Shown: in pieces, positions 39,113 to 48,836 of the stretch
How the letters are laid out: each line of letters starts with the position of its first letter
Numbering within the stretch: position 1 is the first letter of the stretch
Assembly: GCA_030018435.1 (NCBI GenBank)
Contig: JASEEY010000001.1
Coordinates: forward strand, 11,038-75,037
Origin: Methanocellales archaeon
GTDB taxonomy: Archaea; Halobacteriota; UBA148; JAUWXC01
Length of the DNA stretch: 64,000 bases
Reading direction: 5' to 3'
Program-made: the position numbers and the translations under genes
Notes under the pieces: model-generated
What the model saw: only the letters and a program-made list of their open reading frames with translations
Told to the model about the DNA's origin: nothing
Databases searched by the model: none

Positions 39113-40488
39113 TGGAAAAGGTCGGCGTTTTGCTCGTTAGCTATGGCTCAAGAGCGGCTGCCATTGCCGATGCCTTGCACAGGAGCGAAAGTTACGATGT
39201 GAGCATTTTCGATGCGGACAAACAGAAAAATCCATTTATACTTGAGAGGGCGGCGGCGCAGGAAATCGGACTCGACACAGAAAAGATATGCGACTTTGCC
39301 AAAAAACATCAAGACAAAATCGACTTTGGAATCGTCGGTCCCGAGGGTCCTATAATAGCTGGCATTAGAGATGTCATCGAGAAGAAGACAAAAATCCCGA
39401 TGATCTGTCCCACGAAAGAACATGCCATTGAAAGAAGCAAGGTATTGCAACGCCGCCTGCTTGAAAAGTGCTGTCCAAGCGCCAATCCAAGATTTAGGGT
39501 ATTTGATCCTAAAGCGTACGCTAGCAAGGATAAATTAAAAAAAGATATATGGGCATGGCTGGATGAACTTGAAAATAGTGCGGTTGTAAAGCCAGACGCC
39601 CCTGCGACGGGCAAGGGCGTAGGCGTCTGGGGAGACCATTTCTCCACCAGAGAGGAATTATTTAACCACTTTCTTACCTGTTATGAGCATGGTCCTGTGA
39701 TAATAGAGGAAAAGGTTGACGGCGAGGAGTTCAGCCTGCAATTCTTTTCCGACGGAAAGCACCTCATCGCGACGGATGCTGTACGGGATTACAAAAGGGC
39801 GTTCGATGGTGATTTAGGAATGAACACCGGCGGCATGGGCTCTTATAAAGATTCCGACAACAAACTGCCCTTCATGGACCAGAAGGACTGGGATGATGCG
39901 CTGGGGATCGGCAAAAGGATATTCGATGAACTGAAAGGCGAGGGAGATGGTCCTTTCTTGAGAGGTATTCCTCTATATATGGCATACACCTGCGCAAAAG
40001 ACGGTGTCAAGGTATTCGAAATCAACTCCCGCCCGGGAGACCCGGAGATAATCAATCTGCTCCCGATTTTGGAGGATGACTTCGTGGACGTCTGTTTCCG
40101 CATGCTGGACGGCTCTCTAACGAAGCTGGACTTTGCCAAGAAGGCGAGCGTCATCACCTATGCAGTACCAATGACCTATGGTGGATACAGGAAGGCCTTC
40201 TCAGGCGACAGGAGGATTGACCTCAGCAAAGCATATGAACTTGATAAAAAATACCATGACAGCATCAGAATCTATCCTGGGTCCATGGAACTTCGTGGAA
40301 AAGAAACGTTTGCGCTGGGTTCGAGAGTCGTGTGCACGGTTGGCATTGGAGATGACATAGAAGCCGCGCGAAACATCTCGCTGGACGGCATCGTCAGCAT
40401 CGACGGAGCATTATGGAACAGGTGGGATATCGGTTCGAAAGGGCATATAAAGAAAAGTATAGAGCATATGAAATCGTTGAGGAGATGA
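39109..40488 (+). CDS. purD: phosphoribosylamine-glycine ligase (ATP-grasp, divergent N-terminus)
   Basis: 459 aa. ATP-grasp motifs VVKPDAPATGKGV, IIEEKVDGEEFSLQFFSDG, FEINSRPGDPE. Confidence 0.75.
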   Translation: MMEKVGVLLVSYGSRAAAIADALHRSESYDVSIFDADKQKNPFILERAAAQEIGLDTEKICDFAKKHQDKIDFGIVGPEGPIIAGIRDVIEKKTKIPMICPTKEHAIERSKVLQRRLLEKCCPSANPRFRVFDPKAYASKDKLKKDIWAWLDELENSAVVKPDAPATGKGVGVWGDHFSTREELFNHFLTCYEHGPVIIEEKVDGEEFSLQFFSDGKHLIATDAVRDYKRAFDGDLGMNTGGMGSYKDSDNKLPFMDQKDWDDALGIGKRIFDELKGEGDGPFLRGIPLYMAYTCAKDGVKVFEINSRPGDPEIINLLPILEDDFVDVCFRMLDGSLTKLDFAKKASVITYAVPMTYGGYRKAFSGDRRIDLSKAYELDKKYHDSIRIYPGSMELRGKETFALGSRVVCTVGIGDDIEAARNISLDGIVSIDGALWNRWDIGSKGHIKKSIEHMKSLRR

Positions 40489-41390
40489 AAATGAACCTCA
40501 TTTCGATGGGCGATTTAACCCCCGAGGACGTTATCGACATACTGGAAAAGGCAGAAGAGCTAAAGGAAAAACGAAAGAGGGGCAAGACGCTGGACGTGCT
40601 GAAGAACAAAAGTCTGGCGATGTTATTCGAGAAGCCGTCCACCAGGACAAGGGTCTCATTCGAGGTCGCGATGTCTTCGCTGGGTGGCGATGCACTATAT
40701 CTCAACTGGCAGGACCTGCAGCTTGGGAGAGGGGAGCCGATAAAGGATACCGCACGCGTCCTGTCTGGATATGTGGATTGTGTCGTAATCAGGGGAGGTC
40801 ATGATGTGGTGGTTGAGTTCGCAAAACAGGCAACCATTCCAGTTATTAATGGATTAACAGAAGTTGAGCATCCCTGCCAGTCTCTCGCGGATCTGTTGAC
40901 GATCTACGAGCTAAAGAAGGATTTCGCAGGATTAAAATTTGGATGGATTGGAGATGGCAACAACGTCTGCAACTCCTCCATCTTGGCGGGCGCATTGGTT
41001 GGAATGAACGTCGTGGTGGCATGCCCGAAGGGATATGAACCGAAGAAGGAAATCGTGAGCAGGGCAAAGAAGCTCGGAGGAAATACTCAAATCACACATA
41101 ACCCAAAAGATGCCGCCAAAGATGCAGACGTGCTCTACACGGACGTCTGGGTTTCGATGGGCGATGAGGCGCAGAAAAAGAAAAGGATGCGCGACTTCAA
41201 GGGATTCCAGATCAATGATGATGTCGTGAAGATGGCAAAAGATGATGTCATCGTCATGCACTGCCTGCCCGCGCACAGGAGCGAGGAAATCACGGATGAC
41301 GTTTTAGAGGGCGCACATTCAGCAATCTTCAAGCAGGCAGAAAACAGGTTGTATGCGCAGATGGCGCTCTTAGTCAGAGTTTTGGGATGA
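40485..41390 (+). CDS. argF: ornithine carbamoyltransferase
   Basis: STRTRVSFE carbamoyl-phosphate motif, HPCQ, and HCLPAH, which is OTCase-type. Start at the MKMNL Met; the track ORF from 40413 overlaps purD. Confidence 0.85.
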   Translation: MKMNLISMGDLTPEDVIDILEKAEELKEKRKRGKTLDVLKNKSLAMLFEKPSTRTRVSFEVAMSSLGGDALYLNWQDLQLGRGEPIKDTARVLSGYVDCVVIRGGHDVVVEFAKQATIPVINGLTEVEHPCQSLADLLTIYELKKDFAGLKFGWIGDGNNVCNSSILAGALVGMNVVVACPKGYEPKKEIVSRAKKLGGNTQITHNPKDAAKDADVLYTDVWVSMGDEAQKKKRMRDFKGFQINDDVVKMAKDDVIVMHCLPAHRSEEITDDVLEGAHSAIFKQAENRLYAQMALLVRVLG

Positions 41391-41396
41391 AGCTTT

Positions 41397-41792
41397 TTAC
41401 GCAACCTTACGAGGGCAAAGAGGAGATTTGAATGAACGAAGTAGATTCCGTCGTCTATCGAAGGGGAGGTTTTGTGCGTCCGCCACCCTGAATTCAACCC
41501 TATTCTCCACGCCCTCTCTTTTCGCCCTTTCTTTTGCCCTATCGACCATCCTTTCAGAAATGTCCACACCAACCACTCTACAGCCGTACATTTTTGCAAC
41601 GTAGCAGGGAGTTTTTCCAACGCCGCAACCGACGTCCAGGACGTATTTGCCTTTGTTTATATGGCATAACTCAATCAGCTCTCTTGTGGCCTTTAAGCCC
41701 CCCATATGTTTTGTTACACCCCAGTAAGCCTGCAATTCGAAGTAGGAAGATTCTACCTCTGAAATCTCTTCTGATAATTGTTTTGTCCCCAT
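41397..41792 (-). pseudogene. class I SAM-dependent methyltransferase, truncated and frameshifted after motif LPFD (pseudogene or remnant)
   Basis: LDVGCGVGKT (motif I), VGVDISERMVDRA and ADAQNLPFD are present. The expected motif continues in another frame as (D)DGIYFVHSNLLFAL and then runs antisense into argF. Confidence 0.5.
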
Positions 41793-41841
41793 TTTCTCAC
41801 TAGGAATGAATGACTTTTGATACTTAAAAAGATAAGATACA

Positions 41842-41971
41842 AGCCTCGGGAGGGATTTGAACCCTCGACCTAGTGATATCTTGCAACCGTCCTACCGAAG
41901 GTGGACAAACGATCAACCCTTTTGAGAGTTGCTACAAGTCACTCGCTCTAGCCAGACTGAGCCACCGAGGC
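41842..41971 (-). tRNA. tRNA-Thr(UGU) with 55-nt intron (41878-41932) at 37/38
   Basis: Reverse complement, 5' exon: GCCUCGGUGGCUCAGUCUGGCUAGAGCGAGUGACUUGUA. 3' exon: AUCACUAGGUCGAGGGUUCAAAUCCCUCCCGAGGC-U. Anticodon stem AGUGA/UCACU. Confidence 0.75.
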
Positions 41972-42002
41972 ATCTTCTATATTAGTTATGACAGAATAAA
42001 AA

Positions 42003-43232
42003 TTATCGCTTGGATTTGAATCGTTTCGCAGATTCGTTCAGCGCGGCTATAGCAGGCAGCGTTCTTCCAGCCAGAAACTCAATACATGCGCCCCCACCCG
42101 TGCTCATGTGTGCAACCCTCTTTTCCAGCCCCACCTTCCGCATCGCCGCACCACTGTGACCGCCGCCTATGACTGCGAACCTGGATTTTGTCGCCGCTTC
42201 TAACGTCTCGAAGGTTCCCAGCGCAAATTCCTCATCCTCAAACACGCCAGCCGAACCGCTCAGAATCACGACATTCGCATCCCTGATCTCATCGCAGAAT
42301 TTCATGATAGTAGCGAGACCGATATCAAAAATGGGATACTTGGCTGGCAGCGCCTTGGTCTTCATCTCAACCCTTTTGCCTTTTTTATTCACCGCCACAT
42401 CCACTGGCATCTCTATCTTCTTGCCAAATTTTTTAGCCAATGCCTTTGCCTTGGGAATCATATCTAAATACCCTTGCTTTTCAATCAGCTGCAGACTCGG
42501 CGCACCTATATCTATCCCAGATGCAGCCATGAACACGTTTGCTACAACGCCCGTTACAAGCACTTTATCTGCGATTTTCTTTGGCAGGACATGTTGTATA
42601 ACGTCGATCGAATTCTCGATCTTCGTCCCGCCAAGGACGAATATGCATGGGTGGTCGGCGCTGGTAAGGACCTTATTCAACATCGTCACCTCTTTCTCCA
42701 TCAACCTCCCAGCTGCGGATGGCAGCACGGGCGTGAACCCCACCAGGGATGCGTGAGATCTATGTGCGGATCCAAATGCATCATTTATAAACAAATCGAG
42801 CTTCGGGGCAAGGTTCTTTATGAGGTGCGTTCTGGCGTGCTCCTCTGGGCTCTGCTCAACTACTTCCTCCGAGTAAAACCGCACGTTCTCAAGGAGCAGC
42901 AGCTCGCCAACATCCATCTTGTCGATCGAACGCTGCGCATATGACCCAAATATGTCATCTACATACGTCACGTCCTGTCGCACAATTCTGCTCAGCAGCC
43001 TGGCATGAGGCTGCATCGTGGTAAAGTCCCTCTTCCCCGGCCGACTTTGATGCGCGAGTACAACCGTCTTCGATTTCTCCAGTTCTCTCAGCGTGCCAGC
43101 ATGACTCCTGAATCGCTTGTCATCAAGTATCTTTCCCGTGTGCGGGTCTATCGGTGAGTTCAGGTCAAGTCGAATTAAAACAGTTTTTCCCTTTACGTCA
43201 AGATCATCCATCGTGAGATAGGCTGGTTTCAT
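42003..43232 (-). CDS. pgk: phosphoglycerate kinase
   Basis: About 410 aa from the internal Met MKPAYLTMDDL. Archaeal Pgk-like along its length. The track ORF extends to 43304. Confidence 0.8.
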   Translation of the reverse strand: MKPAYLTMDDLDVKGKTVLIRLDLNSPIDPHTGKILDDKRFRSHAGTLRELEKSKTVVLAHQSRPGKRDFTTMQPHARLLSRIVRQDVTYVDDIFGSYAQRSIDKMDVGELLLLENVRFYSEEVVEQSPEEHARTHLIKNLAPKLDLFINDAFGSAHRSHASLVGFTPVLPSAAGRLMEKEVTMLNKVLTSADHPCIFVLGGTKIENSIDVIQHVLPKKIADKVLVTGVVANVFMAASGIDIGAPSLQLIEKQGYLDMIPKAKALAKKFGKKIEMPVDVAVNKKGKRVEMKTKALPAKYPIFDIGLATIMKFCDEIRDANVVILSGSAGVFEDEEFALGTFETLEAATKSRFAVIGGGHSGAAMRKVGLEKRVAHMSTGGGACIEFLAGRTLPAIAALNESAKRFKSKR

Positions 43233-43309
43233 GCACACACCGTGTATGATAGGTAGTAGAGATATAAGTAATAGTGATATAATATTTACTCGTTCCAGGG
43301 GCAAAAATC

Positions 43310-43789
43310 ATGAAAGAGATACTTGAAATAATGGAGAACGACGCTAGAATCGGCATAGATGAGATCGCAGCTATGACCGGCATCCCTGAGTCTCAGGTAA
43401 AGAAGGCGATCAAAGAGGCTGAGGAGAAGGGCATCATCCGGAAATACAAGACCGTAATCGACTGGGAGAAATTCGGAGAGGAATATGTGTATGCAATAGT
43501 AGAATTAAAGGTGTCACCCGAGAGGAGCACAGGTTATGATGCGATAGCGAAGCGCATCGCCAAATTTCCAGAAGTGATATCGGTTAGGCTGGTCTCAGGA
43601 GATCATGACCTATCGCTATTGGTGAAAGGCAGGACGATGAAGGATGTCGCGTTTTTCGTCGCAGAAAAGGTAGCGCCACTTGAAAGGGTGCAGAGCACCG
43701 AGACCCATTTCATACTTAAAACCTACAAGCAGGATGGCGACATCTTTTATGAAAAGGAAGAGTCCAAGAGGTTGGCGATAACTCCATGA
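43310..43789 (+). CDS. Lrp/AsnC-family transcription regulator
   Basis: N-terminal HTH (IDEIAAMTGIPESQVKKAIKEAEEKGII) plus RAM domain. 159 aa. Confidence 0.8.
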   Translation: MKEILEIMENDARIGIDEIAAMTGIPESQVKKAIKEAEEKGIIRKYKTVIDWEKFGEEYVYAIVELKVSPERSTGYDAIAKRIAKFPEVISVRLVSGDHDLSLLVKGRTMKDVAFFVAEKVAPLERVQSTETHFILKTYKQDGDIFYEKEESKRLAITP

Positions 43790-44937
43790 TAGCAGAGAAA
43801 GTTCAGCGAATCCCACCATCTGGAATTCGTAAATTCTTCGAGATGGTCACAGGGATGGATGATGTGATATCATTGGGCGTCGGCGAGCCTGATTTTGTTA
43901 CGCCATGGCCCGTCAGGGAGGCTTGCATCTACTCTCTAGAAAAAGGATACACATCGTACACATCCAACTGGGGACTGCAGGAGTTGAGGGATGAGATAGC
44001 TCATGCCGTTGCCTCGGACTACGGCATTGCCTATAGCCCAGAGGATCAAATTTTAGTTACCACTGGCGTGAGCGAGGCGATAGACCTGGCAATGCGCGCC
44101 ATCACAAATCCCGGCGATGAAATCATCGTTGTGGAGCCTTGCTACGTATCGTATAACCCATGCGTGACATTGGCTGGAGGAAAACCCGTATCCGTCGCAA
44201 CGGACCCGTCAACTCACTTCAGGGTCACCCCGGAGCAGATAGAGGACAAAATAAAAGAGAAAACCAAAGCGGTCGTTTTGAATTATCCGAACAATCCAAC
44301 CGGAGCGATCATGAAGAAGAAGGATTTGGAGGCGGTGGCAGATGTGGTTGTGGAGCACGATCTTATCGTGATATCCGATGAGGTGTATGATAAATTGACA
44401 TATGATGGAAAGCACATGTGCTTTGCCTCACTAAATGGCATGCAGGATAGGACTATCTTACTCAACGGCTTCTCAAAGTCGTATGCGATGACTGGGTGGC
44501 GCATTGGCTATGCCGCCTCCACACCGGAGATAATAGGTGCAATGCTAAAAGTTCATCAGTATACGATGCTTTGCGCTCCAATTACGGCGCAGATGGCTGC
44601 CATTGAGGCACTGAGAAACGGCAGAGAAGATATGCTTGTCATGGTGAGGGAATACGACAGGAGGAGAAAACTCATCGTTAAGGCGCTCAACGCACTTGGA
44701 TTAGATTGTCTTGAGCCAAAAGGGGCGTTCTACGCGTTTCCATCGATAAAAAGCACGAGCATGAGTTCGGATGAATTTGCCGAGAAACTGCTGAAGGAGC
44801 AAAAGGTAGCAGTCGTGCCTGGAAACGTGTTTGGTGCATGTGGTGATGGGTTCATCCGATGCTCATATGCAACATCAAGAGATGCAATAAAAGAGGCGTT
44901 GGAGCGCATGGAGACGTTTTTAACTCCGAAAGGTTAA
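43786..44937 (+). CDS. class I/II PLP-dependent aminotransferase (aspartate aminotransferase family)
   Basis: 383 aa. SKSYAMTGWRIGY with the PLP-lysine region. NYPNNPTG. Confidence 0.85.
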   Translation: MIAEKVQRIPPSGIRKFFEMVTGMDDVISLGVGEPDFVTPWPVREACIYSLEKGYTSYTSNWGLQELRDEIAHAVASDYGIAYSPEDQILVTTGVSEAIDLAMRAITNPGDEIIVVEPCYVSYNPCVTLAGGKPVSVATDPSTHFRVTPEQIEDKIKEKTKAVVLNYPNNPTGAIMKKKDLEAVADVVVEHDLIVISDEVYDKLTYDGKHMCFASLNGMQDRTILLNGFSKSYAMTGWRIGYAASTPEIIGAMLKVHQYTMLCAPITAQMAAIEALRNGREDMLVMVREYDRRRKLIVKALNALGLDCLEPKGAFYAFPSIKSTSMSSDEFAEKLLKEQKVAVVPGNVFGACGDGFIRCSYATSRDAIKEALERMETFLTPKG

Positions 44938-45095
44938 TTAAGTAGTTCGACGAAAAGTGATGCAAACCTGAGGGGATAGTAATATGAGCAAAGATGAGTT
45001 CTGGGCACTATATTCTCAGCGGGATGAAGCGGGCAGACGAAGAATGCTGACGAGCGACATAAATAACGTAGAGCTCTGAACGCTGAAGCACGCCT

Positions 45096-46232
45096 TTACC
45101 ACAGCTCCCCGTTGAGGACAGACATGGTCTTGTCGTTTGTGCTCTGGTAGAGTCGCTTGATTTTGACCAGGTAACCCCCATCCACTTTTTCTGGTTCTTC
45201 AAATACAGCGTCAATGCCCATCCTATTCAGATGAGCTTCAAATTCTCGCGCCGTCTCTAAATATTTGACCTTGATCTGAACATTCTCACCGATTTGTTCA
45301 CCTCTTTTCCTGCTCTTGATTGTATACACCATCGGCTTCAGAATGCTCTCCCCAAGCTGCAGGCATCTTTCTCTTAACTCTTCCTCAGACTCATTCCACT
45401 CAACAGCCTGAAATCCTTCGCGTACAATTCTCGTGAAAAAGAATGGTCTTCCATAGTCGTTGTAAAACCTGAAACCATCTCTAAGGTCGCCACAGTTGCT
45501 CTGGGAACTCGTGTATTTGATGGGCGGTATCTTCGTCTGAGGATCCTTGATGACGATGCCTTCATGATTTTGTCTGCCAAGCTCCTTTACAATTTCCCTC
45601 GCTGCCGCACTCGCCTCGTTCACAGGATATTCGCCGAATATGCGCACCGATTTTATATTGTATTCCTCCACCAATCTCAGTCGCTGTGCTATTGGCAGAG
45701 AGGCGCCGGAGGCCTTCTTCTTGATGTCAAACAGAAAGAAGTCCAGTGAAGGAATGTCGTAGATGTCTTTTGGTACATACGGATTGTCCGGACCCACCAT
45801 CTCGCCGCAAAGAACCAAATCAGGATTATCCTTGAAAAATGCATCTCCGATTATGTCTCTTGCCTTCTCGGTGGTGTACGGGCAGACCAGTCCGCCCCTT
45901 GTGAGCCCAAAGATTTCCCCACCGATAGAGGCAATCCTCACGTTATACCCGTTCATCTTCTCTTCTATCATCACAGTAGGACAATCAAAATGGCGTTTAA
46001 TCGTCGGATCGAGTATCATCGCCCTTCTGATCTTCGGGAATCCCCTCACAATATCGATTTTCTCGTGAACGAATATCGCCGTTCCATTCTCGATGGCGCC
46101 ACACTCTTTGTCGAACCTAAACAAGTGTGGATGCTCCCCTTCCACCTCTTTGATAATTCCTCTGTCAATCAATTCGCGCAGTTGAGCACTGGGTATGTTA
46201 AGCTTCTCCGCAATCTCCTCAATCATCTCCAC
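45096..46232 (-). CDS. ATP-dependent RNA ligase (archaeal Rnl3/Pab1020-like)
   Basis: KMNGYNVR is the KxNG nucleotidyltransferase motif I. 378 aa in the layout of the archaeal homodimeric RNA ligase family. Confidence 0.7.
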   Translation of the reverse strand: MEMIEEIAEKLNIPSAQLRELIDRGIIKEVEGEHPHLFRFDKECGAIENGTAIFVHEKIDIVRGFPKIRRAMILDPTIKRHFDCPTVMIEEKMNGYNVRIASIGGEIFGLTRGGLVCPYTTEKARDIIGDAFFKDNPDLVLCGEMVGPDNPYVPKDIYDIPSLDFFLFDIKKKASGASLPIAQRLRLVEEYNIKSVRIFGEYPVNEASAAAREIVKELGRQNHEGIVIKDPQTKIPPIKYTSSQSNCGDLRDGFRFYNDYGRPFFFTRIVREGFQAVEWNESEEELRERCLQLGESILKPMVYTIKSRKRGEQIGENVQIKVKYLETAREFEAHLNRMGIDAVFEEPEKVDGGYLVKIKRLYQSTNDKTMSVLNGELW

Positions 46233-46995
46233 ACCTAATGATATTCCTACGGGTGATCATTCCTACCACATTATCCCGCAAATCAAGGACTGGTACGCCA
46301 CCTATATTCCCTTTCAGCATCATATCAACGACCTCTTGCAAAGGCGTATTAGGCCTGACAAATTTGACATTTACGCTCATTATATCGCTGATGATTAAAT
46401 TCCTGATCCGCATCTCCTGCTGATGCCCAGGAACCATGTCGCGAAAAGCCCTCATTGCCCTTGCGATATCGCTTTCCGTGACCATTCCCACTAATTGATC
46501 ACCATCCACAACAGGCATCCTGCCGATGGCCTCTTTATACATACGCCTTCTGACATGCACCACCCTCTCACTGGGCGTCGCGGTGATGGGATTTTTCATG
46601 ATCCTCCCGGCATATCCTTTTGGATGCAGGATGGCAAGCACTTCGTTGGGAGTTACCCACCCAACTAGGCTGTCATCCATAACCGCTAAAATATCTTCAC
46701 CTTGGAGCAGTTGAACGGCTTTCTCCGCGTTATCATCTGGCGAAATCATCATCAAGTGCTCGTCCATCGCTGTAGTCACATGCAAGGATGATGCCGGCAA
46801 GTTCGATTTTTTTCTGGTGCCAAGCGCCCTTGCAATCCCGCGCTGCGTCACCACTCCAATTAATTCATCGTCCTTTGTGACCAACAAACGCCTAACATCG
46901 TGTTTTTCCATCAAATCAAGGGCATGAGACAACATCTCCGACTTATCAATGGTCAGCGCTTTCGTCATTATATCCCTAACCTTGTGCCCTTTCAT
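46219..46995 (-). CDS. CBS-domain protein (4 CBS)
   Basis: Tandem CBS repeats and nothing else. Confidence 0.8.
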   Translation of the reverse strand: MKGHKVRDIMTKALTIDKSEMLSHALDLMEKHDVRRLLVTKDDELIGVVTQRGIARALGTRKKSNLPASSLHVTTAMDEHLMMISPDDNAEKAVQLLQGEDILAVMDDSLVGWVTPNEVLAILHPKGYAGRIMKNPITATPSERVVHVRRRMYKEAIGRMPVVDGDQLVGMVTESDIARAMRAFRDMVPGHQQEMRIRNLIISDIMSVNVKFVRPNTPLQEVVDMMLKGNIGGVPVLDLRDNVVGMITRRNIIRCGDD

Positions 46996-46998
46996 CGT

Positions 46999-47895
46999 TT
47001 ACCCCCACAGCATCCTGATGATATCGGTCTTAGCGATAACGCCTGCTAATCCCTTATCCATCACGGGCATCCCCTCGATTTTATGTTCTATTAGCATTTT
47101 TGCGGCATTGACTGCAAGCTCGTCCTTGCTCACGGTTATTAGAGGAGAGGACATGACATCTTCGGCAACGAGCCCTTTTTTTTCTATGTCCCTAAATCGC
47201 TTACGTCCTGCAGGGCTGTCCTTTCTAGTCATCTTTATCCCCTTCTCTGACATCTCGCCCCTTTCATCCTCTAATTCGGTAAACGCTAAATTTGACGATG
47301 TGATAATGCCAACCGGCGTATCATCATCTTCCATTACAATTACCCTATGCACTTCGTTTTTCTGCATCTCGTCTATCACGTGAGCTATCGAGTGATGGCG
47401 ATGAACCGTTACGACGAAATCGCTCATTATATCGCCAACTCTGACCCTTGACTTGGTGCTGGAAAACTGGCGAACTATGTCAAATTTGCTGATCATGCCA
47501 ACTAATCCCTTATCCATGACCGGCAATCCGCTGATGTTGTTTTCCAGCATCAACTCTTCAACTTCTTCCAGTAAGGCATCGGGATACGTGGTGATCGGAT
47601 TTTCACTCATCACCACCCTGACCGGGATATGATCAATTGATCGCCTGCGCCACATGGATCCTGCTTGCCTAAGTTTCCACATCAGGTCGGATTTTGTGAC
47701 TATTCCTATGGCTTTTTCATCATCAACGACCACTAACCTGCCTATCCCGTGCTTAAGCATCAGACGTCTCGCATGCGCGATCGTCTCCTCTGGAGCGATT
47801 ACGCGCACTGGCGAGCTCATAACATCCTTCACCTTCATACCATCATCCTGACACTTTAGTTTAAGCTTCGCGGTATACCTTGGTTTAAGTTTCAC
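46999..47895 (-). CDS. CBS-domain protein (4 CBS)
   Basis: Tandem CBS repeats. Confidence 0.8.
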   Translation of the reverse strand: MKLKPRYTAKLKLKCQDDGMKVKDVMSSPVRVIAPEETIAHARRLMLKHGIGRLVVVDDEKAIGIVTKSDLMWKLRQAGSMWRRRSIDHIPVRVVMSENPITTYPDALLEEVEELMLENNISGLPVMDKGLVGMISKFDIVRQFSSTKSRVRVGDIMSDFVVTVHRHHSIAHVIDEMQKNEVHRVIVMEDDDTPVGIITSSNLAFTELEDERGEMSEKGIKMTRKDSPAGRKRFRDIEKKGLVAEDVMSSPLITVSKDELAVNAAKMLIEHKIEGMPVMDKGLAGVIAKTDIIRMLWG

Positions 47896-48835
47896 GTAAT
47901 GCCCGTAAGATGTCCCTCTCGGTGAGTATGCCCATTAGAAAGCCGTCATCAATGACCGGCAGCGATCCCACCTTTTTATCCATCATGAGTTTGGCGGCAT
48001 CGCCTAAGTCTACATCGGAGGTTGTGGTGACGACATTGGGCACCATAATCGTCTTAATTGCGGGCTCTAACGCCTCCTGAATGTGTCCAGTAACCAGTTT
48101 GTCAAATGCTTTTCCTCCGCCAAGATATTTCACGATGTCGGTGGCGGTGACGATCCCCAGCAACACATCATCTCTTATAACTGGTAGTCTCCTAAATCCG
48201 TTGGAAACCATCGTTTTGGCAGCCTCCCCTATGGAGATGTCGGGCGGTGTGGTTACCACCCTTCTGCTCATGTAATCCCCTACAATCTTTCCAGTTTTCA
48301 CATCGGCAATCAGATATGCAAAATCGCTTTCGGAAATGATGCCTACAACCCTATGCCTATCATCCACAATGGGTAGCCCACCTATATTCTGTATAAGCAT
48401 CGTGTTCAGCGCGTCCTCTAATGACTGGCGATCGCTCAGCGTTATCACATCGACTTCCATGATCTCCCGGACGTCTCCGTTGATTGCAGCAAGCAGGTTC
48501 CCACCATATCTCTTTTTGACTAAATTGTGTCGTTCGCCGCCTCCCAAGAAATCAATCAAATCAACGCTCGTGATAATCCCAACAAGCCTATTCGTGCCCG
48601 GGTCTGCAACGGGGACCTTCCTTAAGCCATATGTCATCATCGTTTTTATTGCCCCCATAATCGTCATGGTCGGCGGAATCTTGATCACTTCTCTAGATGC
48701 AATCGTCATCACATCGCCTGGGCGTGATGATATACGGGATTTGAATTCCACCGGCCCCCTGTCGAGCACAGCTTCGCTCGCATCGTTTGCGAGTCTTGCA
48801 CCCCTTTTTATCCCATTATGGCGTCTTCTCATCAC
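47885..48835 (-). CDS. CBS-domain protein (4 CBS)
   Basis: Tandem CBS repeats. Confidence 0.8.
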   Translation of the reverse strand: MMRRRHNGIKRGARLANDASEAVLDRGPVEFKSRISSRPGDVMTIASREVIKIPPTMTIMGAIKTMMTYGLRKVPVADPGTNRLVGIITSVDLIDFLGGGERHNLVKKRYGGNLLAAINGDVREIMEVDVITLSDRQSLEDALNTMLIQNIGGLPIVDDRHRVVGIISESDFAYLIADVKTGKIVGDYMSRRVVTTPPDISIGEAAKTMVSNGFRRLPVIRDDVLLGIVTATDIVKYLGGGKAFDKLVTGHIQEALEPAIKTIMVPNVVTTTSDVDLGDAAKLMMDKKVGSLPVIDDGFLMGILTERDILRALRET

Positions 48836-48836
48836 A

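Noticed and set aside
40413-40484. Extended N-terminus of argF (MEQVGYRFERAYKEKYRAYEIVEE)
   Set aside because: It overlaps the purD 3' end. OTCases start near the MNLISMGDLT-type sequence, so the later Met is preferred.
45008-45214. Small ORF 45008-45214 (-) and a 31-aa plus-strand ORF at about 44986-45081
   Set aside because: They fall in the convergent gap between the aminotransferase and RNA ligase genes. There is no RBS or motif support, so I treat them as noise.
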